Positions 40,572-51,842 of a DNA stretch of 64,000 bases are shown piece by piece; within the stretch, counting starts at the first letter, position 1; the number at the start of each line of letters is the position of its first letter. The position numbers and the translations under genes are program-made. This DNA comes from a virus (Duplodnaviria > Heunggongvirae > Uroviricota > Caudoviricetes), in the IMG/VR virus record IMGVR_UViG_3300031555_002194, positions 1-64,000 of that record. One strand, 5' to 3'. Under the pieces are notes generated by a model, which searched no databases, had not been told where the DNA came from, and worked only from the letters and a program-made list of their open reading frames with translations.

Positions 40572-41208
40572 CCTTCATAACCAATTTATCTGCCGGATGT
40601 AATTGATCATGATATTTTATCACAATATCATTAGCCGTATACAGTTGGCCATTCATTTTGACAGATAATCTGAATAATGGCGCAACATTAAAATTAGGAA
40701 ATGTTTTATTGTTTGTATGTGTTGCTGATGTATCAACAATTGTAATTACATCTGAAATAGTAAAATTCCAAACACTGTTTGCAGATAAAAACCATGTTCT
40801 AGGCACTGATATTGTTGTCGTAGCAGAATGAATAATAGAGCCAGAAACTGCTGCGCCAGTACCATTATCTGCAACCGCAGTAGTCAACGACATATTATAA
40901 AGGGTGATTGACGTACCAAGTTTAACATTGTTCAGTTTGATAGTCGGCAATGTTTTGTATGTAAATGTAGAACATGTAAAACCATTTGTGCCTGTTCTGG
41001 TAATGTTATTTTTAGAATAAATAGTAATATTTATATCTACAATATCACCCTTGGGAACAAATGAATTTATTTTCATATATGCACTAGATGTAATTTGGCT
41101 TGTATTGGATGCAGTTGTATAGTATGTTGCAGACCAAGAATATGTGCTGGAAAATGTAGATCCGAACACACCAGATTCAGTAGTGTAGGGGAGTGTAATT
41201 GAAGCCAT
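40549..41208 (-). CDS. Ser/Thr-rich β-strand protein (structural?)
   Basis: 219 aa, roughly 35% Ser+Thr. Confidence 0.4.
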   Translation of the reverse strand: MASITLPYTTESGVFGSTFSSTYSWSATYYTTASNTSQITSSAYMKINSFVPKGDIVDINITIYSKNNITRTGTNGFTCSTFTYKTLPTIKLNNVKLGTSITLYNMSLTTAVADNGTGAAVSGSIIHSATTTISVPRTWFLSANSVWNFTISDVITIVDTSATHTNNKTFPNFNVAPLFRLSVKMNGQLYTANDIVIKYHDQLHPADKLVMKVGDNLVQ

Positions 41209-41468
41209 ACAATCCCTCCTTAAATTGTAATCCAGATGTCGCCATTTTCCATTTTGTTCACATCTGCTTCTTCTGTAGAAATAATAATATTTCTTACTTG
41301 TTTTACTGTGTAATCTTCATTGCTTTGAGCAATGAGCTTTGCTTCCATCTGTGCTTCTTTAGATGTCTGCATCATATCTTCGGGTGGAAGTAAATTTAAA
41401 TTAAATAAAGCCATGTTTTCATCTCCTTTTAATTAAAAAAGAGAGTGGCTTTATGCCACCCTCGAATA

Positions 41469-43250
41469 TTATGTTAAATCAGGGTAAATGTAAATATTAT
41501 ATGCTGTGTTGTAATAGTATGTGCCATCGTTTGTCCAAGTGATTGCAGCGCCTACAATAGATTTTACATTATTAATTAACAAAGTGTTGAATGTAGTAGA
41601 GTTTGCATAGCAATGAATATTGTATATACGAGAATTGTTTTTTCCATAAAAACAATTTACTGCATTAGACACTTTGTTTGATAATATATATATGTCACCA
41701 TCAAGATTAACACACCCATAATATGTATTACACATATTAATTACATTGTTACCACATACCGGAGAACCTGTTAAATTTGTACAACCACTATACGCTCCAG
41801 CAATATTAGTTACATTTTGTCCAAAAACAGGTGTCCCAGTGATATTTGTGCATGCACTATATGCGAATGCCATATTTGTGACTTTTTCGCCACAAACAGG
41901 AGAGCCTGTTAAATTGCGGCAATTAAAATATACACCACGCATATTTTTAACATTATCACCACAAACAGGGGAACCTGTTAATTTAACACAGTTATAATAT
42001 GTTTGAAACATTGTAACGACCTTATTGCCACAAATAGGAGACCCTGTTAGGTTTGTGCATCCTAAATATGTTTGATACATATTTGTCACATTACTTCCAC
42101 AAACAGGATAGCCTGTCAGGTTTGTGCAACTAGAATATGTATTACACATATTAATTACATTGTTTCCGCAAACAGGAGAGCCTGTCAGGTTGTGACACTG
42201 CCGATATGTATTTAACATGTTAGTTACTTTATCACCACATACAGGCGAACCTGTAAGATTTCCGCAGTTGTAGTATGCATGTGTCATATATATAGTATTT
42301 GTACCACACGCTGGAGATCCATTTAAATTAAAACAATTAGCATATGAATTTATCAAATGCACAACGTTATCTCCACACGCAGCATCTCCAACAATATTTT
42401 TACAAGCCTGATACGTGTTAGTCATATCAATAACATTATTACCGCACACAGGATATCCTGTTAAGCTATAACAATTGTTATACGTCTAATACATATTAAC
42501 AACTTTATCTCCGCATACAGGAGAGCCTGTGAGGTTGTGACAATAATCATATGTACCAGACATATTAACAACTTTATCTCCGCATACAGGAGAGCCTGTT
42601 AAATTAGAACAAGACACATATGTCTGGTACATATTAACAACGTTTTCGCCACAAATAGGAGACCCAGTTAAATTTTTACAACCGCGATATGTGCCACGAA
42701 GATTTGTTACATTATTTCCACATACAGGGGAACCTGTAATATTGTTACAAAAATAATATGTAAAAGACATGTCTGTCACATTCTCGCCGCAAATTGGAGA
42801 GCCAGTAAGATTATAACAATTGTAGTATGTATGATACATATTTTGTACATAACTATCACAAACAGGAGAACCTGTGAGATTTATGCATCCGTTAAAAAAA
42901 AATGATTTGTTTTGAATTTTAATATTCTCATCATATAACTCTGATGTGATATCATGTCTATGGTTTGCCAACCATTTAACCGAAGCTGCTGACGTATATA
43001 ATTTTCTTACATTGTAAACATTATCCGGTTGTTCATTTATGTTATTTGGATCATTACAAAAAAGCAAACTACCATTATTCTAATATAAAGCGTAACCAAT
43101 CTAATCATTGTAAATTAATTTTGCAACATTATTTTTATCGCCGTACTATGCCATAGTAATACCTGTGGCTAAGTCATAGTTGTTTCCATAATAAATTTCT
43201 GTAATATTTTTTATAGTACCATTTGGAGTTATATAAATATTTTCAACCAT
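41469..43250 (-). CDS. Cys-rich BspA-like leucine-rich-repeat protein B (about 595 aa, with in-frame TAGs at 42486, 43080, 43101 and 43146)
   Basis: Tandem ~19-aa repeats Y.NC.NLTGSPVCG.NVTNM. ORF-track pieces 42486-43067 and 41469-42449 share one frame. The TAG replaces Gln in the recurring NMYQTY motif. An N-terminal extension back to the ATG at 43248-43250 (RBS GAGGAGTG) is inferred. Confidence 0.55.
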
Positions 43251-43255
43251 ATTCA

Positions 43256-43960
43256 TCACTCCTCATATACAAAATATAATGTACCTGCTTTTAAATAGTT
43301 ACCTTCTAGGATCTGTTCGGTGGAAACCACGATAGGAAGGTCTGATATTAGATGTTCATGTGTTGGGATACATTCTTGATATAGCTGACCTCTTTTTTCT
43401 TGTAGTTTATACAATCTCACAATATGAATCTCTTGTGTGCAAATAGTTCCACTTTCACAACACATAATGTTCCCATTCATTACATCTTCTTTTGTCGTAG
43501 GGGTGGAACAGTTCCAGCACATTATTCCGCTAGTATTAACAATATCAGGTGAGAGACTAATAGAGTTGCTGACTTCAGAGCCATATTCTTCATTGTATAT
43601 TGATTGCGTAAAAACGAATGATTGAGAATCGTCACTACTAATACGGACTACAGATGAATAATATTCTTGTTCCTCTTCTGTTAATTCACTTTGTATTGCG
43701 ATTGCAGAATATTGATTACCATTATATTCAAGAATATATTGACCTCCAACAACAAGCGTTTCACATTCTAACCCAAACCATAAATTGGACTACCATTCTT
43801 CTTGTGTTTCTGAGTCAATATTATATTGTAAATTATCATTATATTCACAAATACAGATTGGTTCAATTTTATCTTCTCCAAACGGCTTTCCTTCTATCTT
43901 ATCCCATTCTGCTTTTCCAGACCCGCCACCTACAGGCAGATCACCATAATAAATACCCAT
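43256..43960 (-). CDS. Cys-rich hypothetical protein (in-frame TAG at 43790-43792)
   Basis: ATG at 43958-43960 follows AAGGAGTG. The frame is continuous to the TGA at 43256 apart from one TAG. The ORF track shows only the last 88 aa. Confidence 0.5.
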
Positions 43961-43979
43961 TAAGTATCACTCCTTATAA

Positions 43980-44003
43980 AAAGGAGGGTGATTAACCCTC
44001 CTG
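43980..44003 (-). terminator. rho-independent terminator
   Basis: GGAGGGTtaatcACCCTCC followed by TTTTTTAT on the − strand. Confidence 0.55.
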
Positions 44004-44030
44004 AGTATTCGCATTATTATTAAATTAACA

Positions 44031-44270
44031 TTATTCGCTAATCTGACTTTGCAGTTTAGCAATTTCAGCTTTTTTCTTTCTAACTTCTTTTTCCAGATGA
44101 GACTTTAGGAATGTTCTACCTTCAACATCATCGCCCTCAGCAATCAGTCTGATGTTTTCATCGATCATCCACTTCATCTGATTTACTTCAGCCTCGATAC
44201 CCATAATTTTATCTTCAACGGATTCTTCTTCCATTTCAAATTCCAGTTCCATGTTTTCGTTCATTTCCAT
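44031..44270 (-). CDS. small acidic coiled-coil protein
   Basis: 79 aa. Its start overlaps the GT2 stop (TAATG). Confidence 0.4.
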   Translation of the reverse strand: MEMNENMELEFEMEEESVEDKIMGIEAEVNQMKWMIDENIRLIAEGDDVEGRTFLKSHLEKEVRKKKAEIAKLQSQISE

Positions 44271-45490
44271 TATTGTTCCTCCTCGTTATCTGTAAAAATA
44301 TAACCTTCTTCTCCCAGAACACCAGACTTCATATCAAGTTCGTGTACCCAAGCGGGTAATTCTTTTCTAATAGAATCAAACTCAGTTCTACCACCGTACT
44401 CGTCAGTTCTAATTTTGTCCATAAATTCAAAGAATGTCATTTCAGGAATAATTCCGATCATCTCCTGACCACGGGCAGCACTCTGAGATGTGTACATCAT
44501 TTTCAGAATATCATTATCAATATTCTTTTCAAAATCCTTATAGCAAGAATGATAAAATCTTTTTGCATTAAAGAAATTCTGTTTTGCAAACATAGGCTTT
44601 CTTTCTAAACACTGAATGTATGTAAAATACTGACCAATCATCTGTTCTACAGCAAATCTCATTACGTTGCCATTAAAAGGATTCTTTCTCTGACAGAATT
44701 TAACAGCATTGATTGCAGCAGCAGTTGCACCAACCTGACACAGATCCCAGTTGTACAGAGGTTCACCACCATTTTCTTCAATGCCAATTCTAGTAATAGA
44801 ATGATCACTACCTGTTTTCCATAGATAGATAGGGGAGTCAATCAGATTAATCTGAAGAGGCGTACCTTCGATTGTCATTCTAATCATCCAGTTTAATTCT
44901 CCATCTTCCATTGCTCTGAGTTTGCTAAATCTAATACCTTGTTGTCTTAGGAATGGAACATTATATAGTCTGCCAAATACCCAAGGATGACCAATGTCGT
45001 TTCTAGGCATTGTTCTAGGTGGAATCTGCTGACCACTTTGCATTAACTGCATTTTTGTCGCAGAGTTCAGATTACCTTCTGCAACTTCCTGCAGGAATGC
45101 ACCCTGAACTTCGATACAATTAGGTGTGATATTGTTGTACAGTTCTTCTAAAGCAAATGGTGTCATTAAGACATCGTCTGCGTCCATAAATGTGATCCAG
45201 TCTGTTTTACATGCTTCTAGTGCTCTTTGACGAGCCAGACCGGGGCCAGTATTTTTCTCGCAATCTAGAATTGTAATGTCTAGAGTAGGGTAGAGTTTTT
45301 TAAGGTAAGAGTATGTACCATTGTCCGAAGGATAATCATTCGCTAGGATGATAGTTGTGTCTGCTGAAATTGACTGCATCAGCACAGAAGCGAGTAGGGT
45401 AGGTAATGTCTCTTTTGCTTTATAAACTGGCACACCGATTGTTAGTTTTTTGATGTTTGAAGTGTTTTGATTATTTGTGAAGTTATTCAT
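44270..45490 (-). CDS. family-2 glycosyltransferase (GT-A fold)
   Basis: IGVPVYKAKE...ILANDYPSDNG...FMDADDVL carries the DxD motif. The internal ATG at 45490 follows AAAGGAGA. Confidence 0.75.
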   Translation of the reverse strand: MNNFTNNQNTSNIKKLTIGVPVYKAKETLPTLLASVLMQSISADTTIILANDYPSDNGTYSYLKKLYPTLDITILDCEKNTGPGLARQRALEACKTDWITFMDADDVLMTPFALEELYNNITPNCIEVQGAFLQEVAEGNLNSATKMQLMQSGQQIPPRTMPRNDIGHPWVFGRLYNVPFLRQQGIRFSKLRAMEDGELNWMIRMTIEGTPLQINLIDSPIYLWKTGSDHSITRIGIEENGGEPLYNWDLCQVGATAAAINAVKFCQRKNPFNGNVMRFAVEQMIGQYFTYIQCLERKPMFAKQNFFNAKRFYHSCYKDFEKNIDNDILKMMYTSQSAARGQEMIGIIPEMTFFEFMDKIRTDEYGGRTEFDSIRKELPAWVHELDMKSGVLGEEGYIFTDNEEEQ

Positions 45491-45596
45491 ATTTTGTCTC
45501 CTTTTAATCATTTTGATTATCAATCAAACAAAAAGATAGCGAGGATAGTCGCTCTCTAGGTTTGGTAATTTAATTGATGATTTATATTTATTGTTA

Positions 45597-47390
45597 TTAT
45601 GTTAGGTCAGGATAAATGTAAATGTTATATGTTGTGTTGTAATAGTATGTGCCTGCATTTGTCCATGTGATGTTTGCACCAACTAAAGATTGCGTGTTGT
45701 TGATTAGTAATGTATTAAATGTTGTAGAATTTGCGTAACAATGAATGTTGTATTGACGAGAGTTATTTTTGTTGTAGAAACAATTAAGAACATTAAGTAC
45801 GCTTTTAGAATACCAATATTGATTGCCAGCGGATAAATTTATGCAATTAGCATACGCATTACCCATAGTAGTAACTTTATTCCCACACACAGGGATCCCT
45901 GTTAAATTTGTACAATTATAGTATGCTGCCAACATATTTGTAACATTATTGCCACATACTGGTGAGCCATTTATATTGATACAATGCCAATATGCAGCAT
46001 GCATACTTGTAACATTATCGCCACACACTGGTGATCCACTAAGTTTTCTGCAATTAATATATGTTCCAATCATACAAGTGACATTATTACCACACACAGG
46101 ACTACCATTAAGATTTCTACAATTAATATATGCATAATACATATTTGTGACATTATTGCCACATATAGGAGAGCCTGTTAAATTTTGGCAATTTTCATAC
46201 ACATTAGACATGCTTACAATCTTATCACCACAAACAGGCGACCCAGTGATTTTGTTACAGTATTGATACGCTCTAATCATATTAATCACATTATTGCCAC
46301 ACACGGGGCTACCATTAAGATTGAAGCAATTAACATATGTTGTGTACATATTTGTAACATTATTGCCACACACAGGAGATCCTGTAAGGTTACGGCAATT
46401 AAACTATGCCCAACTCATATCAGTAACATTATCACCACACACTGGTGCACCTGTAAGGTTGTAACAATGCTAATATGTGTGATCCATATTTGTAACATTA
46501 TCACCACACACTGGTGCACCTGTAAGGTTACGGCAGTTATGATATGCACAAGACATATTTGTAACATTATCACCACACACTGGAGAACCTGTTAGGTTGA
46601 AACAATTATAATATGTATTAAACATATTTGTAACATTTTGCCCACATGCAGGAGATCCTGTAAGGTTACGGCAGTTATGATATGCACAAGACATATCTGT
46701 AACATTATTCCCACACACTGGTGCACCTGTAAGGTTGTAACAATGCTGATATGTGTGATCCATATTTGTAACATTATTACTACATACTGGTGCACCTGTA
46801 AGGTTACGGCAGTTATAATATGCGTTTTTCATATTTATAACATTGTTTCCGCACATAGGAGCACCTGTAATATTTCTGCAGTTTTCATAAGCATAAGACA
46901 TATTTGTAACATTATCACCACACACTGGTGCACCTGTAAGGTTGTAACAATGCTGATATGTGTGATCCATATTTGTAACATTATCACCACACACTGGTGC
47001 ACCTGTAAGGTTACGGCAGTTATGATATGCACAAGACATATTTGTAACATTATCACCACACACTGGAGAACCTGTTAGGTTGAAACAATTATAATATGCG
47101 TTTTTCATATTTATAACATTGTTTCCGCACATAGGAGCACCTGTAATATTTCTGCAGTTTTCATAAGCATAAGACATATCAGTAACATTATTACTACATA
47201 CTGGTGCACCTGTTAGGTTATAACAATTACAATGCATACTTGCCATATTAACTATATTTGAATAATTTAATTGAATATTTGACAATTTGTTCATATTGTA
47301 GAACGCATTTGACATATTAGTTGTCTAGATCTTCACATTATTAGGTACAACTATTTTAGTCACATTGTTCCATTGTTGAAAATTAATCAA
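45597..47390 (-). CDS. Cys-rich BspA-like leucine-rich-repeat protein A (about 598 aa, with in-frame TAGs at 46404, 46470 and 47325)
   Basis: ORF-track pieces 46470-47315 and 45597-46373 are in one frame. The TAG at 46470 aligns with Gln in the repeated HTYQHCYNLTG motif. A TTG start at 47388-47390 after GGGGGTGA is inferred. The C-terminal ~60 aa is near-identical to protein B. Confidence 0.5.
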
Positions 47391-47409
47391 ATTCTATCAC
47401 CCCCGATAA

Positions 47410-48972
47410 TTATAAAACAATAGTGTCGTAGTCAGGAACGATTATCTCTGTACTAGGCTCTCCATTATAAGTTCCTTTCCATTCAGTTAATGTATATGTT
47501 CCATCAGAATTTGATTTATATTTAAAGTCTTTTAAATAACTAGGATAATCGAAGAATAGCTGCGCAATTCCATTTACATCACCTAAATATGCTTTAACAA
47601 TATTTCGTGCTACTGGTTTTATATACGCCTCAGTTTCTATTTGCGAATAAATATTAAATACCATACTGCAATCATCGCCATTATTCTAGCTTGAATCTTT
47701 TTCATACAAAAATGTTATAGAATCATCACTTTGCAACGAACATGTATTAGTTCCATTCTGTTCTCCAGAAGCTTCTATAATAATTTCAGATGTACCATCA
47801 TTTTTATCAATTCTAATTGTAAAAACATCATAATCAGGTTCAGAGGATACAGACCAATCAAATACAAGATTTATATCCATACGTGCGGTCAATGTAGTAG
47901 TCGCAATCCCTTCAACATTATTATTTGTACTAATAAGTGCATTGTTATTCCAATTAAAATAATAATCATTACCATTTAAAACAGAAAAATATGTATTGAT
48001 ATTATCTTTTGTTATGGGTGACTTAATATATGATAATTCAGTAGGTACACCAATATAAATACAAGACACAATATGAGCAACATCTTGAACTGTTGTAGAT
48101 GGTGTTTCAATTGTTGTTATAAAATTAGAAATTTCAAATGCTCCTTGTGGCACTTCACTTTGTGAATATTCATATGCAAAAAATACAGATTCTCCAGCAT
48201 TAACAAAATGATGTTCAAATTGAAAATTAGATTCAGTTATTTCATACTAAGCAATTTCATTTCCGTCGCAATCACAAACTGTGACATTTATAATTGAGAA
48301 CAATATCGGAGTTGATAAAACAGCATTAAATGAGATTGTTTGATTGTTTATAGCTGATTTAAACTCTATCCACAAGCTATGTGTATCTGTTATAGTTATT
48401 GGTGCACTAACAATTTTCCCATCTAACCAATAAAACGGATTTCCCGTATCAGATGGATCTGTGCCAATATAAATATTGCTTAAATCAACAAAATACTCGT
48501 CAATATTTTCCGGAGTAATATCAATTGTATTTGTTTTCTTTTTTTTCAATGTGATTTGGATGTCGGAAAACACCCTGTCTCCCTCTTCCAAATACATTTC
48601 ATCTTGAAACATAAAAAATACAAATTCATCTTGTTTTAAACTACATTCGAACAAAAAATCATTATCAGGAATATAATAACTTTCATCATCATTCGGCATT
48701 AACTATAAAAGTCCGGCACATCCAGTCATTCTAAATGATAATTTTTCAATATCACACAATGCATCAAAACTCATATCAGCATTTTCTCTCTGACCACAAG
48801 CAGTGTTAATGATTCTGTTATTGTCCCAGAAAAAATAAAATCCAGAACTGCTATTATCATCTCGCGCGCCACAGCCAAGATATTCGTCACAATTGTTTGC
48901 TGTAATGTTAATCACAACTTCTTCATACTCTGGAACTTCGGTTTTTACACCAATACAAGCTAATTTACTCAT
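47410..48972 (-). CDS. structural protein, 521 codons, read through TAGs at 47686, 48247 and 48703
   Basis: Four ORF-track pieces share one frame: 48703-48972, 48247-48699, 47686-48153 and 47410-47664. Each junction is a single TAG with open frame between. The final stop is TAA. Confidence 0.5.
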
Positions 48973-48983
48973 ACTAGCTCACC

Positions 48984-49724
48984 TCACTCAATAACGAAAT
49001 ACAAATGTCCCTCAGCCAGTGGAGTCTCTCCTGCAACTATATCTTCTGTTCCGTAAGAATAGGGTAGGTTAATATTAGAAATTGCGTTATATACAGCTTT
49101 TGCACTAGGAGTGTCATCATCTGTGGAATTTTCATCAATCACAGTAACTTTAGTGTCAGGTACTACTGTCCATTCGCCAGTAACAACCTTTAACATTTTG
49201 CCATTGTCATAATTATTTACTTCAGGTAGAGCAACAGGCATAGGAACAACTGCCCATTCACCATTAACTACCTGAACAATTTTACCATTGTCTTCTGCTG
49301 TAACTTTAGGAAGACCACTGCCAGATGCATTTTCACTATCAGTTGTGAAATACACACAGTTGTCATCTCTGTCTTCAATAGCATCCAGTTCTTCCTGAGT
49401 ACCAACCCAGAATGTGATTTTCTGACCTTTGTTCTGCTCAACAACAGAGCTAGAATCCAGACCGCTCAAAGCATCTTTTACAGCTTTAGCGGTAGGGATC
49501 ATTGTATCACTATCTTCTAAAGTAGTGGACAATGTTGCGCCATTCAGTGTGTACGCATCGCCAGCGTTTAATTTAACCCTCTGGTTATTAGGTGTGTCTA
49601 CTGTACCTAGATTCATATCGATGTACATATAGCCATCGTATGTTACCTAGCAATAGCCTTCATGAAAAGGAGTAATATCTGTTGAGATGCGAGAAGCATC
49701 ACCGTGTAAAATTTTAAATAACAC
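48984..49724 (-). CDS. structural protein (GTG start, in-frame TAG at 49647-49649)
   Basis: GAGGTGAattata precedes the GTG at 49722-49724. The ORF-track ATG at 49628 lies 6 codons downstream of the TAG. Confidence 0.45.
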
Positions 49725-49810
49725 TATAATTCACCTCGTTATGATTCATAGTATTATGCTTTGCTTTAGCGTCTCTGACCGCTCCTAAAGCATAATATGT
49801 TTTTAAGTAA

Positions 49811-49838
49811 CAAAAAAACAAGCCATCAGCTTGTTATA
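49811..49838 (-). terminator. rho-independent terminator
   Basis: AACAAGCtgatgGCTTGTT followed by TTTTTGTT on the − strand. Confidence 0.5.
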
Positions 49839-49849
49839 TTAACATATAA

Positions 49850-51316
49850 TTATTCATAATTGTAAGTTTGTTCTGCAATGATAACGTCAGAAGCAACAAC
49901 ATCTACCAGTTTACCAGAAGCAGGAAGTTCAAGTTGACCTTCTGGTGCTGGGAACTGATTAAACCATACTTCGTTATCTTGGATATATGCATTATATGTA
50001 TTATATTCGGAATTTACCCATTCTTCCCATGTCATACCTTCTTCTCCTGTAAACTCATATCCGTTAGGTAGATAGAATGAGATTGTTTCTGGTTCTATAG
50101 GAGTTTCTGGCTCTTCAGGTTCTGCTGGAGGTTCTGGTTCAGGAATAACTTCTTCGATGTAATTAACAGGATAATATTCCACAAAGAACTTCATTTCAGA
50201 AGATGGCAGAGATGCGACTGTAAATGTTAGTGCATTTTCAGATAATGCAATAGCAGTAATATTGTCATCAATTTTTGCGATTAAATTACTTGATGTTTCA
50301 TATGGTTTAACATTTACAACCTGTCTTGTTGCGTCAGATAAAATACCATCAATTGTTACTGTTTGAGTTAGTGTTTCTTCATCCCAGTTTTCAACAAGCA
50401 GAGTTGCTGTTGTTAGATTATGAATGGCACTATTAGCTATATCACAAACTTCACCAATGGCATTTTCTAAGTTTTGGTAATCATCAGATGTTAAATAGTC
50501 TTGTTCGATACCTTTAACTTCGGCTTCTACAGAAGTAAGACGTCCAGCATTATCTCTCGTGCCATTGTACGCATCATCTGCTGTGTTTTGTGCAGTTTGA
50601 ACATCTTCCTGCAATTGCTCAACATCATCTTCTAAGGCACTCACTCTTTTAACAAGTTTTGTGGAACTTGTTGTATCAGACTGAATCCATTCTGCAACTT
50701 CTTGTAATGTGTCAAAGTCTGCTGAAACATTTTTACCTAAGACTGTTTCGATCGCTTCTGTTTTAGCTGAATCAATCGCATCTGTTAATTCTGATTTTGT
50801 ATCTGTAACAAGTTTGCGTAGATTCGTATCTGTGTCATCAATATCTTTAGTTAATTTTGTATCAGTATCAGAAATTGATTTTTCCAATGCTTCTCTTGTA
50901 GAATTAATTGTATTTGTTAAGTCTGTTTTAGTTGTATTAATAGAATTTGTCAGACTATCTTTTGTATCATCAATATAGTCAGTTAAATCGCTTTTTGTTT
51001 GATTTACATAATCAGTCAGCTCTGAGGATTCAATCTGTTTCCATACTTCATCAAATCTATAAAAAGAGTTTTTGTCTTTTACAAAATATAATACAGCTGT
51101 GTTTGCAGATTCAGGCAGATTTTCCTATGTATCTACTTTTAAATAGTGACCATATGTTTTGAATTCACCATCTGGTAGCGCAAGATGAATACATTCATTT
51201 GTTGCAAAATAAATGGCTCCTTGCTCAGACTTTGTTGGAATTCTTTCTAATGGCCCTTGTACTAATTTAACAATATCAGACAATGTTGCCACCGTCCTTT
51301 CTGCCTTCGCCGCCAA
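49850..51316 (-). CDS. repeat-containing fibre/baseplate protein (in-frame TAG at 51125-51127)
   Basis: The 79 codons between the TAG and the ORF-track start encode the same TK(S/D)DLTD/TNTI repeat style as the downstream 345-aa part. The exact start is uncertain. Confidence 0.45.
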
Positions 51317-51821
51317 TTACTAAGTTCATAACAACATTTTCATTCAATGTAGAATCTTCGTTTCTCTCAGGTCGTTCTTCAAACGCAGTGAAAGTAATTG
51401 TACCAGTATCTTGATTAGTTGCAAGAATTTTGCATCTTGATACAATTTCCAGATTGTCAATATCCATATCTGCTGCTGCAAAAATAATGTTTGTTGGAGT
51501 AACACCTGATATACTAACTGTCTGTGTATATGGAGCATCGGAGTCAAATTCATAAACCATATTCCATGTTGAATTATACATATAACATACATCATACATT
51601 ACATAACCAATGTTTGCTGTGCCAACTTCAGGCAGTTCAGTAACAAACTCAAATGTATTGACAACAATACCTTGAGTAGAAAGTTCTGTTTTTGCTGCTG
51701 TTATTTTTTCCTCATCAATAACACCAACCCAGTCTGTTGCTGGCAAAGTGATTGTTGTCTGAATTAATTTGTCTTTCTGCATTTTTAATATTTTTTTATA
51801 ATCATGTAAGCTATAATACAT
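51276..51821 (-). CDS. hypothetical structural protein
   Basis: 181 aa with a TGA stop. Confidence 0.45.
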   Translation of the reverse strand: MYYSLHDYKKILKMQKDKLIQTTITLPATDWVGVIDEEKITAAKTELSTQGIVVNTFEFVTELPEVGTANIGYVMYDVCYMYNSTWNMVYEFDSDAPYTQTVSISGVTPTNIIFAAADMDIDNLEIVSRCKILATNQDTGTITFTAFEERPERNEDSTLNENVVMNLVIGGEGRKDGGNIV

Positions 51822-51842
51822 AACAATCCTCCTTTCCCAGTA

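Larger units (their letters stand above)
41500..47300 (-). repeat. protein-coding tandem repeat arrays (~57-60 nt unit) in two paralogous LRR genes
   Basis: Near-identical units such as ggtgcacctgtaaggttacggcagttatgatatgcacaagacatatttgtaacattatcaccacacact recur many times on the + strand. Confidence 0.7.

Noticed and set aside
43654-43995. 113-aa + strand ORF
   Set aside because: It lies antisense to the well-supported − strand gene 43256-43960 (strong RBS, continuous frame). Most likely spurious.
41469-47390. CRISPR array or DGR-type variability explanation for the 57-60-nt tandem repeats
   Set aside because: The repeats are in-frame coding units of LRR proteins with no unique spacers, and no reverse transcriptase or cas genes are present.
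41469-47390. N-x-T motifs (NLTG, NVTN) as N-glycosylation sequons targeted by the GT2
   Set aside because: The Asn positions coincide with the conserved LRR asparagine-ladder positions, and GT2 enzymes are not N-glycosyl-oligosaccharyltransferases. Glycosylation of these proteins remains possible, but the sequon reading is not supported.
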